Assembly: GCA_043821645.1 (NCBI GenBank) | Contig: JBDRCO010000068.1 | Location: 224,001 to 288,000, forward strand | Origin: Pseudomonadota bacterium | GTDB taxonomy: Bacteria; Myxococcota; JACRCW01; JAFGSX01 | Reading direction: 5' to 3' | Length of the DNA: 64,000 nt | In this document: positions 1 through 9,555 of the stretch, piece by piece | Layout: every line of letters starts with the position of its first letter | Numbering within the stretch: position 1 is the first letter of the stretch | Notes under the pieces: model-generated | Database searches by the model: none | Told to the model about the DNA's origin: nothing | What the model saw: only the letters and a program-made list of their open reading frames with translations | Position numbers and translations under genes: made by a program

Positions 1-303
1 TCCAGGCGAGGCATCCCCGGAATCGGAGACCTGGCCGTCCGGCCACGAGGTATCTGCGAGGACGGCACCATCCAGCTTGCGATCCGCGGACCAGGCGTCA
101 CCCGCGCCTCCATCCACGATGGCCACGCACGAATAGTTGACGCAGCGCTGACCGGCCACACAGTCCTGCGGTCTCTGGCAGGCGAAGGCAAGCTCACTCG
201 CAGGCACAGTGCTCGCGGGACAAGCGAGCACGCTGGCGAGGGCGCTCAGGCTCACCGCGATGGCGCCCGCCGTGCGTCCCCGGTCTGCTCGCCGCACTGC
301 CAT
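1..303 (-). CDS. Cys-rich lipoprotein, N-terminal part (runs off the window start)
   Basis: My translation of the minus strand from ATG 303 is open to position 1: MAVRRADRGRTAGAIAVSLSALASVLACPASTVPASELAFACQRPQDCVAGQRCVNYSCVAIVDGGAGDAWSADRKLDG... It has a signal peptide with lipobox VLAC, a 4-Cys motif and an Asp-periodic linker. It is absent from the ORF track because there is no stop in the window. Confidence 0.75.
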   Translation of the reverse strand, partial: MAVRRADRGRTAGAIAVSLSALASVLACPASTVPASELAFACQRPQDCVAGQRCVNYSCVAIVDGGAGDAWSADRKLDGAVLADTSWPDGQVSDSGDASPG

Positions 304-426
304 GGCCGCTCCCGTGCCCGCTCCAAGCTCGAACAAGTATGACCGGTCCGAGCAGGGAGACCATCAGGTTTCTTGTTGCCCAGGTCGCGGCTGCGCGGGA
401 TAAGCAGGCCCCTTTCAAGGAGCTCC

Positions 427-2517
427 ATGCCCACACCCGGCCGCCGCACCTCGCCTCCACGCCGTCGCGCTGCCCGCCTCGACCTGGACAGCCTGAATCC
501 ACCTCAGCGCGAGGCGGTGTTGTACGACGGCGGACCCATGCTGGTCCTGGCCGGCGCCGGCAGTGGCAAGACCCGTGTCATCATTCATCGCATCGCACGC
601 CTGCTGCAAGATGGTGTGGCGCCGCAACGCATTCTCGGCGTCACCTTCACCAACAAGGCGGCGCGCGAGATGCGGCAGCGCCTGACTGCCCTGGCCGGTG
701 AAGCCGGAGGCGAGGTCCACCTGTCGACCTTCCACTCACTGGGCTTGACCATCCTGCGCGAGGAGCAGCAGGCCGCAGGTCTGCGCCGGGGCTTCTGCAT
801 CTACGACGAGAGCGACCAGCTGAGCCTGGTGAGAGAGTTGTTGCGCCGGGTGCAGGTCGCCGACCGACGCCTCGATGTGCCGCGCCTGCTCGGCATGATC
901 CTGGACACCAAGCGCGCCGGCCTGAAGGCCTTTCCCATCCAGCACGACGACGACTACGAGCTGGCCGCCCACGCCCTGTACCCGCGCTACCTCGAGCAGA
1001 TGCGCGCATACAACGCCGTGGACTTCGATGATCTGTTGCTGCGGGCCTGTAGCGTGGTCGAGCAAGCCGAGCCCCGGGCGCGGTGGAGCCAGCGCTACGA
1101 CCAGCTCCTGGTCGACGAGTACCAGGACACCAGCCCGGATCAACTGGCCCTGCTGCGCGTGCTGGCGGGTGAGAAACGCCAGGTGTGCGCGGTGGGTGAC
1201 GACGATCAATCCATCTACGCCTGGCGCGGCGCCGACGCGGCCAGCATCCTGGCCTTTGGCAAGGACTTCCCCGGCACCCGCGAGATCGTGCTGGATCAGA
1301 ACTACCGCTCCACCGGCAACATCCTGGCCGCGGCCAATGCCGTCATCGCCCACAACGAGGTGCGCAAGCCGAAGAAGATGTGGTGTGCCGCCGGCGACGG
1401 CGATCCCGTCGAGGTGGTTGCCTGCACCGACGCCGAGGACGAGGCCGTGCTGGTGTACCAGCAGATCCGCTCGCTGCTCGACGACGGCGCGGTCGCCGAC
1501 GACATCGCCGTGCTGTACCGCGCCAATGCCCAGAGCCGGACCTTCGAGGAGAAGCTGACCTTCGAGGCCATTCCCTACCGTGTGGTGGGCGGCCAGGCCT
1601 TCCTGGAGCGCAAGGAGGTCAAGGATCTGCTCGCCTACCTGGTTGTGGCGCGCAATCCCTCGGACGAGGTGTCGCTGCGCCGCGTGCTCAACGTGCCACC
1701 ACGCGGGATAGGCCCGACCAGCGTCGAGCGCCTGGTGATGCATGGAGAGGCACGGCACCAGGGTATGTGGGCGGCGGTGCAACAGGCCGAAGGGGTGTCC
1801 GACCTGCCCCCGGCCGCGGTGATCGGTGCCCGCGATCTGGCGAACACCATGAACGCCTTCGGACCGCGGCTGCGCGACGCGCGCCCCGGGCAGCTGAGCA
1901 CGGCCGTGCGCGAGCTTGTCCAGGCCCTGGGCCTGCGCGAGCACATCCTCAAGGCCGACGACGCACCCTCGGTGAGCGAGCGCCGGCTGGAGAACCTCGA
2001 CGAGGTGATCCACTCGGTCGCCGCCTTCGAGCGCGAGCATCCCCGGGCCCGGGATCTCCTGGGCGACTATTTGGACCTGGCCATGCTGCGCAGCAAGACC
2101 GAGGAGGAGAACGCACCTCCCGGCGGCAAGGTCACCCTGATGACACTGCACAGCGCCAAGGGCCTGGAGTTCCCGTACGTGTTCCTGGTGGGCATCGAGG
2201 AGGATCTGCTGCCTCACCGCCGCAGCATCGAACTGGGAGGCGACATCTGCGAGGAGAGGAGGCTGTGCTACGTGGGCATGACCCGCGCCCGACGACACCT
2301 CTGGCTCACCCTGGCCCGTCGCCGGCGACGACACGGCAAGGAGCTGCCGCGAACTCCCTCGCGCTTTCTCGACGAACTGCCCGCGGGGGACGGCGTGGTC
2401 CGGCGCGACCGCGACGAGCCTTTGCAGGGTGAGGCCGCGGACAACATGGCCAACGATTTCTTTGCGCGCATGCAGGCGCGGCTTGCCGACGACGATGGTG
2501 GCAGTGCCCCGGACTGA
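427..2517 (+). CDS. UvrD/Rep/PcrA-family SF1A DNA helicase
   Basis: Motifs LNPPQ, AGAGSGKT, TFTNKAA, VDEYQD, VGDDDQSIY, QNYRS, LMTLHSAKGLEF and EERRLCYVGMTRAR. ATG 427 follows AAGGAG. Confidence 0.95.
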   Translation: MPTPGRRTSPPRRRAARLDLDSLNPPQREAVLYDGGPMLVLAGAGSGKTRVIIHRIARLLQDGVAPQRILGVTFTNKAAREMRQRLTALAGEAGGEVHLSTFHSLGLTILREEQQAAGLRRGFCIYDESDQLSLVRELLRRVQVADRRLDVPRLLGMILDTKRAGLKAFPIQHDDDYELAAHALYPRYLEQMRAYNAVDFDDLLLRACSVVEQAEPRARWSQRYDQLLVDEYQDTSPDQLALLRVLAGEKRQVCAVGDDDQSIYAWRGADAASILAFGKDFPGTREIVLDQNYRSTGNILAAANAVIAHNEVRKPKKMWCAAGDGDPVEVVACTDAEDEAVLVYQQIRSLLDDGAVADDIAVLYRANAQSRTFEEKLTFEAIPYRVVGGQAFLERKEVKDLLAYLVVARNPSDEVSLRRVLNVPPRGIGPTSVERLVMHGEARHQGMWAAVQQAEGVSDLPPAAVIGARDLANTMNAFGPRLRDARPGQLSTAVRELVQALGLREHILKADDAPSVSERRLENLDEVIHSVAAFEREHPRARDLLGDYLDLAMLRSKTEEENAPPGGKVTLMTLHSAKGLEFPYVFLVGIEEDLLPHRRSIELGGDICEERRLCYVGMTRARRHLWLTLARRRRRHGKELPRTPSRFLDELPAGDGVVRRDRDEPLQGEAADNMANDFFARMQARLADDDGGSAPD

Positions 2518-2609
2518 GCACCTGATCTGGTTGACGCATTCCGTCATTCCGTAGTAACTCCATTCGGAGTCACGCCCCAACCACCGTCCTTGTCAGCGAG
2601 GAGATCGTC

Positions 2610-4415
2610 ATGCACTCGATGCAGTCCTGGCGCGCAGTGGTGCTTTTCCTGCTCACGACCCTGTGGCTTGGCTGCGAGAGCGACTCCCTGGTGCGGGTCG
2701 AAGGCGCGCTGCGCGTCCGGGTGCTCAACCCGAGCGAGGCGGCCTACTTCGTCGACGTGTTCATCCGCAGCAAGGACAGCGAACGCCGCTCCAATGCCAG
2801 CGTCGAGCGCCCCGAGACCCGGGTCGAGCTGAGCCGGGTGCCCACAGGGACATGGGACGTGTACGTGGCCACCCGTGACGTCGACGCCCAGCCCGAACAG
2901 AGCGTGCAGATCAACAATGTGCTGATCCAGAACCAGCAGGTCAGCGAGATCGTGGTCGACCTGGCTCAGAACAACACGGTGCGCATTCCCTGCACCGCCG
3001 GCGATCCGGCCATCCCGCTGTGCATGGAGTGCGTGGCTGGGGAGGTGATCCCCGCCACCGACGACGCGCGCTGCGGTGTGCTGGACTGCGACGCCTTTGC
3101 CTGGTGGAACCTGTCCGGCGACAACACGCCCTCCGGCCGTTCCGAGTGCATCCAGGGCACGCCTGCCGACGTCACCACCGACCGCTGCGTGCGAGCCACC
3201 GAGTGCAAGGTGGCCGGCCGCGACGTGTGCCCCACCGAGGCTGCGGTGCGGCTGCAGGCCGGTCTGTGCGAGACCATCACCGGCTGCACCGATGGCGCAC
3301 CCGTCCTCGTCACGGCGGCCGACGGCACGCCTTGCGGTCAGGCTATGGAGTGCCAGGCGGGCCAGTGCGAGGCGCTGACCCCGGACTGCATCGAGGGTCA
3401 GACCGTGACACCCGTGTGCACCGAGTGCCAGGCGGGCAGCGTCGTGCCCGTCACCGACGACGAGCGCTGCGGCGCCATCGCCTGCAGCGCCTTCGAGAGC
3501 TGGACCCTCACCGGGGACAATAGCGCCATCGGCACCTCCCGCTGCATCCACGGCAGCACCTCGCCCATTCGCAGCGATCGCTGCGAGGCCGCGGGCCAGT
3601 GCGTGACGGCGAGCGCAACGACCTGCCCCACCACCCAGCAGATCGCGGCCACGGCAGATTTGTGCAAGGTCATCGCGGATTGCGAGGTCGGCACACCGGC
3701 GGTGACGACGGTCGGCGACAACACACCCTGTGGCGCCGGGCGCGTGTGCCTGTCCGGCGTCTGCACCACCATCCAGCCTCCCGAGACCGGCTGCGCCGAC
3801 GGAGCTCGCGAGGGCTTCGTGTCCCAGGCCGACTACCCGTCCATCGCCGGCTGTGCGGGCGCCTGGAGCGTGCCCGGCATCACCCGCGACAACCTGGCTC
3901 CGACCTGTGCCCGTGCTGCGGGTGACGACGGCAGCAACGTCGAAGGCAGCGGCTGCAGTGCGGTGGATCTGTGTGCCGCAGGCTGGCACGTGTGCGCCGG
4001 CAAGGACGAGGTCGGTCGCCTGGCACCTGCGGGCTGCGCCGATGCCGTGCCTGCCGGGACCCCGGACAAGGCCCTGCTGTTCGCGGTGCGTCAGCACAGC
4101 ACCACAGGCAGCGAGTGCGATGCGAGCAGCAACGACAACGATGTGTTTGGCTGCGGCAACCTCGGCACCCTGCTCACCGCGGACAAGAACTGCGCGCCCC
4201 TGGATCGCGTGCTTGCCAGCACCCAGGCCAACACCTGCGGCTTCAACGAGGCCGAGCCCGATCTCGGACCCTGGCAGTGCCTGGGTGGCAGCGACAGCCA
4301 CCTGATGGAAGGCGGCCTGGTGACCAAGGTCGGCTGCCCGTCGACCTCGTGTAACTACGACGGCCACCCTGTCGGCAACAGCGACAAAGGCGGCGTGCTG
4401 TGTTGCCGCGACTGA
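2610..4415 (+). CDS. Cys-rich lipoprotein with two ~132-aa internal repeats and a Cys-rich C-terminal domain
   Basis: Lipobox WLGC and a GAGGAG RBS. Duplicated block C..C..G.V.P.TDD.RCG...C.AF..W.L.GDN...; ends GGVLCCRD. Confidence 0.8.
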   Translation: MHSMQSWRAVVLFLLTTLWLGCESDSLVRVEGALRVRVLNPSEAAYFVDVFIRSKDSERRSNASVERPETRVELSRVPTGTWDVYVATRDVDAQPEQSVQINNVLIQNQQVSEIVVDLAQNNTVRIPCTAGDPAIPLCMECVAGEVIPATDDARCGVLDCDAFAWWNLSGDNTPSGRSECIQGTPADVTTDRCVRATECKVAGRDVCPTEAAVRLQAGLCETITGCTDGAPVLVTAADGTPCGQAMECQAGQCEALTPDCIEGQTVTPVCTECQAGSVVPVTDDERCGAIACSAFESWTLTGDNSAIGTSRCIHGSTSPIRSDRCEAAGQCVTASATTCPTTQQIAATADLCKVIADCEVGTPAVTTVGDNTPCGAGRVCLSGVCTTIQPPETGCADGAREGFVSQADYPSIAGCAGAWSVPGITRDNLAPTCARAAGDDGSNVEGSGCSAVDLCAAGWHVCAGKDEVGRLAPAGCADAVPAGTPDKALLFAVRQHSTTGSECDASSNDNDVFGCGNLGTLLTADKNCAPLDRVLASTQANTCGFNEAEPDLGPWQCLGGSDSHLMEGGLVTKVGCPSTSCNYDGHPVGNSDKGGVLCCRD

Positions 4416-4490
4416 GCAGCCCCTCGCAGCCCTCGGGAGCACACGGCACTGCCCCTGCGGCCCCGGCCGCGCTACATCTCCAGCCAGGAG

Positions 4491-7229
4491 GTGCCCGTGC
4501 CTGCTGATCCTGCAACCAACCTGGGTCCACACCCTGACCTCGACGAAGCGCTGCGTGACGACGTGCGCGAACTGGGAACCATACTCGGCGAGGTGCTGGT
4601 CGAGAACGCCGGTACTGCGCTGTTCAACGCCGTGGAGTCCGCCCGGCAGGCCGCGCGTGCTCGACGCCAGGGTGACCCCGGAGCCATAGAACGGCTGCGG
4701 AGCCAGCTGACCGGTCTCGAACCCGCTGCCGCCACGCAACTGACACGTGCCTTCTCAGCCTACTTTTCCGTCGTCAACATGGCAGAGCGCGTGCACCTTT
4801 TACGGCTCCAGCGCCTCCAGGCCGACGACCTCGTGCACCCCGTGGCGGGCAGTTTGCTCGCCAGCGTGCGCGCGCTGAGCGAGCAGGGGATGACCCAGGA
4901 CCAGCTGGCTGCCCTCCTCGCCCGGGTCCAGGTCACACCGGTTTTCACGGCCCATCCCACCGAGGTGACCCGGGCCAGCCAGCTGTTGCAGGAGCAGCGC
5001 CTGGCGCGAGCGCTGGTGGATCGCATCGAGCAGGGCTCCATGACCCGGCTCGAGGCGGCGCACAACACCGCGCGGCTGCACGAACAGATCGCCCTCATGT
5101 GGCAGACCGCCGAGCAGAGCACTGCCGGCCGTACGGTGCGCGACGAGCTCGAGCACGTGCTGTTCTACTTGGGCGAGGTCGTGTACCGCTGTGTGCCCGC
5201 TTTCTACGAGGCCCTGCAACGAGCCGTGGCGGCACAATACGATGGGACCTTCGCGTTGCAGTGGCACCACCCCCTGCTGCGCTTTGGTTCCTGGGTCGGC
5301 GGCGACATGGACGGCAACCCCAACGTCAACGCCGAGACCTTGCGCGCCACCCTGCGCCGGCAACGTCAGCTCATCCTCGAACACTACCTGGCCGACGTGC
5401 ACGACCTGCGCTATCGCCTGACACAGTCGAGCTCGCGCGTCGCTGTCGACGACGCTGTGCTCGCCCGGATCGAGAGCTACCGCGTGCAGCTTCCCGCGGT
5501 GGCGACCCAGCTCTCACCTCGCCACACCGAGATGCCCTATCGCGTGCTGCTGCAGTTCGTCGAGGCGCGCCTCGTCGCGACCCAGCAGGATGCCAGCACG
5601 GGCTATGGCCAGGTCGAGGACCTGGTGACGGACCTGCGCTTGGTCGAGAACAGCCTGTCGCGTCACCACGGCCACAAGACGGGGCTGGTGCGCGTTCAGC
5701 GCCTGCTCCACCGCGTCGAGACCTTTGGCTTTCACCTGGCGACCCTGGACGTGCGCCAGGATGCGCAGGTGCACCGCCGGGTCGTCGGTCTGCTGCTCGG
5801 AGACGCCGATTTTGCAGGCCGCGATGGCGCTGCCCGGGCCGACCTGCTGCGGCAAGCGCTGGTTCCCGGCTTCGCCTTCGCACAGCCACACGACGCCGAG
5901 GTGACCGCAGCGCTCGAGGTGCTGCGCGCCATTGCCGAGGCCCGTGCCCGCTACGGGGTCGAGGCCATTGGCTCCTACATCATCTCGATGGCCCAGGGCC
6001 CTGATGATGCCCTGGCCGTGCTGGTGCTGGCACGGGCGGCAGGTCTCGTCGAGGCCGATGGCTCGATTCCTCTCGACGTGTCACCGCTGTTCGAGACCAT
6101 CGCCGACCTGGCCGGGGCTCGCGCCACCATGCATGCCCTGCTCGACGACGCGAGCTACCGCGCACACCTGCGAGGACGCCGGGACCAGCAACTGGTCATG
6201 CTGGGCTACTCCGATTCCAGCAAGGATGGAGGCCTGGCCTGCTCGCGCTGGTCCCTGTACCGGGCGCAGTGCGAGCTCGTCGAGGAACTCGATCATGCAG
6301 GCATAGCCCTGACCCTCTTTCATGGCCGTGGCGGCACCGTGAGCCGCGGAGGCAGCAAGCCGCGCCAGGCCATCCTCGCCGAACCACCGGGGGCCATCCG
6401 CGGCCGGCTCCGCGTCACCGAGCAGGGCGAGATCATCCACGTCAAGTACGGCCTGCGTGGCCAGGCCCTGCACTCCATGGAGATGATGGCGGGTGCCGTG
6501 CTCGAGGCCACCGCCTGTTGCGAGCAGGCCACCGGCACCGATCCCGCCTGGGCCGACGCCATGGCCCTTGTGGCCGAGAGCTCCCGCACGCACTACGCCG
6601 CGCTGATACATGACGACCCGGACTTCGTGCCCTACTTTCGCGACGCCACCCCCATCGATGTCATCGAACGCCTGCAGATAGGCTCGCGGCCGGTGTCACG
6701 ACGGCAGGGTGGCACCATCCGCGACCTGCGGGCCATCCCCTGGGTGTTTTCCTGGACCCAGAACCGGCAGCTGCTGCCAGGCTGGTTCGGCCTGGGAACG
6801 GGTCTCGAGGCGGCACGACAGCGCCACGGCGACGATCTCCTGCGCGCCATGGCTCGCGGCTGGCCCTTCTTTGCCAACCTGCTCGCCGACGTCGAGATGG
6901 TGCTGGCCAAGAGCGACCTCGACATCGGTGGACAATATGCGGCCCTCGCCGGCGCGATCGGGGAGCGGGTGTTCCCGCGCGTTGTCGACGAGCATGCGCG
7001 CACGCTCCGCGGCCTGCGCGACATCCTGGGCAGCCAGGAACTTCTCGAGCACGATTCCACGCTGCGGCGGGCCATCCAGCTGCGCGATCCCTACGTGGAC
7101 CCGATGAGCCTGCTGCAGGTCGACCTGCTCCGGCGCTGGCGAGCGGGCGGTCGCCGTGACAACACCCTGCTTCAGGCGCTGTTCACGACGGTGCGCGGGA
7201 TCGCCCGGGGCATGCAGAACACGGGCTGA
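4491..7229 (+). CDS. ppc: Phosphoenolpyruvate carboxylase
   Basis: Motifs VFTAHPTE, GSWVGGDMDGNPNV, VMLGYSDSSKDGG, FHGRGG, LRAIPW and C-terminal GMQNTG. Confidence 0.97.
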   Translation: MPVPADPATNLGPHPDLDEALRDDVRELGTILGEVLVENAGTALFNAVESARQAARARRQGDPGAIERLRSQLTGLEPAAATQLTRAFSAYFSVVNMAERVHLLRLQRLQADDLVHPVAGSLLASVRALSEQGMTQDQLAALLARVQVTPVFTAHPTEVTRASQLLQEQRLARALVDRIEQGSMTRLEAAHNTARLHEQIALMWQTAEQSTAGRTVRDELEHVLFYLGEVVYRCVPAFYEALQRAVAAQYDGTFALQWHHPLLRFGSWVGGDMDGNPNVNAETLRATLRRQRQLILEHYLADVHDLRYRLTQSSSRVAVDDAVLARIESYRVQLPAVATQLSPRHTEMPYRVLLQFVEARLVATQQDASTGYGQVEDLVTDLRLVENSLSRHHGHKTGLVRVQRLLHRVETFGFHLATLDVRQDAQVHRRVVGLLLGDADFAGRDGAARADLLRQALVPGFAFAQPHDAEVTAALEVLRAIAEARARYGVEAIGSYIISMAQGPDDALAVLVLARAAGLVEADGSIPLDVSPLFETIADLAGARATMHALLDDASYRAHLRGRRDQQLVMLGYSDSSKDGGLACSRWSLYRAQCELVEELDHAGIALTLFHGRGGTVSRGGSKPRQAILAEPPGAIRGRLRVTEQGEIIHVKYGLRGQALHSMEMMAGAVLEATACCEQATGTDPAWADAMALVAESSRTHYAALIHDDPDFVPYFRDATPIDVIERLQIGSRPVSRRQGGTIRDLRAIPWVFSWTQNRQLLPGWFGLGTGLEAARQRHGDDLLRAMARGWPFFANLLADVEMVLAKSDLDIGGQYAALAGAIGERVFPRVVDEHARTLRGLRDILGSQELLEHDSTLRRAIQLRDPYVDPMSLLQVDLLRRWRAGGRRDNTLLQALFTTVRGIARGMQNTG

Positions 7230-7294
7230 GCTGCCAGCTTGATGCGCGTGACAAGCTCGGGCACGATGGGCCTCTCTCGTCAGGAGGTCCCGTC

Positions 7295-7957
7295 ATGATC
7301 GGATCCGTCAGCACCCTCACCCTGCTTCTTGTGGCGGCTGCCCCGGCCTCCAAGGGCGTGCCCGTCAACGACGAGCCAGGCAAGATCGCCGTCACTTACC
7401 TCAAGGCCCTGGACGGCAGCGGCACGGGCGATGCCCGGGAGTTCCTGCTGGGTGGCGTGACCCTGGACGCCGAGCTGGCCACCATCCCCAACTGGAAGAT
7501 CCTCAGCCGCGACACACCGCGCATCGAGGATGCAAGCCTGGCGGACGCGGTGGTCGAGATGAAGAAGCTCGACGCGGCCGGCCGCAAGGCCCTGGACACC
7601 ATCCTCAAGTCCACCAAGGGCGAGGAGATCCAGGAGATGGGACGGGCCGAGGCCGAGGCCATCATGAAGCCTACACAGATGCAGGCCAAGCGCTTCAAGG
7701 AGCAGTTCCCGCTGTTCGCCTATGTGGCCCGCGTCGACAAGGAGGTGTACTGGCATCCCAAGAACCCGTGGCGCGCGGTGCTCGACAAGCTGGGCACCAA
7801 GGGGCAGTACAAGCTCGAGTTTCACCAGTTCAACATCGAGGAGACAGACCACGGCAAGACCCGGGTGTGGCCCCTGCGCGTGCTGCGGGTGAAGACCGAC
7901 ACCTACGATTCGAGCTGGAAGATCCTGCCAGCGTCGGATTGGAATCCTGAGAGCTAG
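7295..7957 (+). CDS. Secreted hypothetical protein
   Basis: AGGAGG RBS, signal peptide and typical GC3-rich codon usage. No family recognised. Confidence 0.75.
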   Translation: MIGSVSTLTLLLVAAAPASKGVPVNDEPGKIAVTYLKALDGSGTGDAREFLLGGVTLDAELATIPNWKILSRDTPRIEDASLADAVVEMKKLDAAGRKALDTILKSTKGEEIQEMGRAEAEAIMKPTQMQAKRFKEQFPLFAYVARVDKEVYWHPKNPWRAVLDKLGTKGQYKLEFHQFNIEETDHGKTRVWPLRVLRVKTDTYDSSWKILPASDWNPES

Positions 7958-7995
7958 CCTTCCCTAAGGGGGGCGCCGGCCGCAGCGACCCACGC

Positions 7996-9555
7996 TCAGC
8001 GGCCGTACATCGCGACCTCCCCTGCTTGCGCGAAACCACCCACCTGCCGCCGCGGTAACCCTGCGGCGATCCAGTGCTCATCCGGTGCGATCGCCAGGGC
8101 CTCGCCAAATCCCTCGCTGGTCAGGGCGTCGGCGGGGAGCAGCTCACACAGCGGCCGCCAGCCCCCGCTCCTGTTCACGAACACCTGCAGGGGCATGGAG
8201 GCACCGTCGCGGCTGGTCAGAGAACCCACCAGCAGCGTGGTGCCGCTGCCGGCCAGGGTCTCGCCAAAGCGATCCTCGGCAACACGGGACGCAGCCTGGA
8301 TGGTGTCGACGTGGTTCAGGGCACTGCCCGTGTCCGAGTAGACCTCGACTCGACCTCGGCGACCGTCCGCTCCGGGCATGCCCACGGCCACGGCACCGTC
8401 GACAAAGGCGAGGGACTTGCCAAACTCGTCGCCGGCAACGGGCGTGCTCCAGGTCAGGCGCGTGGGTTCGCTCCAGGTGCTGCCACTGCGCCGGAACACG
8501 TAGATGGCCCCGCCCAGGCTCGCGCCCGGAACGTACTCGCCCGCCGCACCCACCACGCAGGTGGCGCCGTCGGTCGACAGGGCCAGGGCGCTGCCAAAGT
8601 TGCTGGCGTCGCCAGGGTTGGGTGTGAGCTGGTGTTTCACCTCGCTCCAGGTGCTGCCCGAGCGCTTGAAGAACCACACCGCCCCTGCATAGATGGCCTC
8701 ACCGCCATCGGCAAACGAACCAGGAGCCGAGGGCCCGCCCACCACCAGGTACAGACCATCCGCGCTCATGGCCACGGTCGAACCGAAGCCGTCGCCGTTG
8801 CTCGAGGTGGCCCTGGACAGCGGGCCCCGGTGGGTCCAGGACCCGGACACCTGCTCGAACAGATGCACATCGCCCGGCAGGTTGCTGTAGGTCGGGTCGC
8901 CCACCGCCAGCCAGGAGCCCCCGATGGCCACGGTGTAGCCGAACGAGGAGCCAGCAAGGGGAAGGCCGCCGGGTGTCAGGGCCTGCTGCTGGTGCCACTG
9001 CGTGCCGCTCACCAGCCTGTAGATCAGCGTGTCGCCCGCGGTGGACGAGCCCATGCGTGACATACCCACGACCAGGGTGTCCCCCGAGAAGGCCAGGGCA
9101 CTGCCAAAGTTATCGCCCTCGGCCGGTCTGGGATTGGGTAGCGACGGTGCCTCGGTGAAGATGCTCCCCAGATCGATGACGCTCTGATCGGCCAGACTGG
9201 CGTCGAGCCCACCCTGGTCTGGAGAGGGAGCATCCTGTCCCTGTTGCCCATGGTCCCGGATGGCCAGATCGTCACCGCTGACGGCATCGCCAGCCGCCGC
9301 GTCAGACGACCCGCCATCCAGGGAGGAGTGGTCCATCGTCGAAGCATCGGCGCTGGCGGTGTCCGCCACGCTGCGATCTGCCACCGCCGCGTCGGTGAAG
9401 CGCTCGGGCTGGCAGTAGCCGGTCAGGCAACGGTAGCCCTCGCCACAATTGCTGTCGTCGTCACAGGCCTGGCCATAGGGTGAGCGCTCGACCAGGGCAC
9501 AGCCCGAGGTCACGCCCAGCGAGAGAGTCAGGAAGATCACGCTGGGCTGTCTCAT
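7996..9555 (-). CDS. Lipoprotein with FG-GAP (integrin-alpha-like) beta-propeller repeats
   Basis: Start MRQPSV at 9555 overlaps the upstream stop (ATGA). Lipobox TSGC, a 4-Cys motif, an Asp-rich linker and about seven FG..LA.....LVVG repeats. Confidence 0.85.
   Translation of the reverse strand: MRQPSVIFLTLSLGVTSGCALVERSPYGQACDDDSNCGEGYRCLTGYCQPERFTDAAVADRSVADTASADASTMDHSSLDGGSSDAAAGDAVSGDDLAIRDHGQQGQDAPSPDQGGLDASLADQSVIDLGSIFTEAPSLPNPRPAEGDNFGSALAFSGDTLVVGMSRMGSSTAGDTLIYRLVSGTQWHQQQALTPGGLPLAGSSFGYTVAIGGSWLAVGDPTYSNLPGDVHLFEQVSGSWTHRGPLSRATSSNGDGFGSTVAMSADGLYLVVGGPSAPGSFADGGEAIYAGAVWFFKRSGSTWSEVKHQLTPNPGDASNFGSALALSTDGATCVVGAAGEYVPGASLGGAIYVFRRSGSTWSEPTRLTWSTPVAGDEFGKSLAFVDGAVAVGMPGADGRRGRVEVYSDTGSALNHVDTIQAASRVAEDRFGETLAGSGTTLLVGSLTSRDGASMPLQVFVNRSGGWRPLCELLPADALTSEGFGEALAIAPDEHWIAAGLPRRQVGGFAQAGEVAMYGR

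Noticed and set aside
736-4739. Long antisense ORFs 736..2580 and 2544..4739 (likewise 11026..13212, 13316..15250, 16329..18455, 49060..50709 and 58796..60667)
   Set aside because: These are shadow ORFs opposite well-supported genes, expected in GC-rich DNA with biased third positions. They contain no recognisable motifs.
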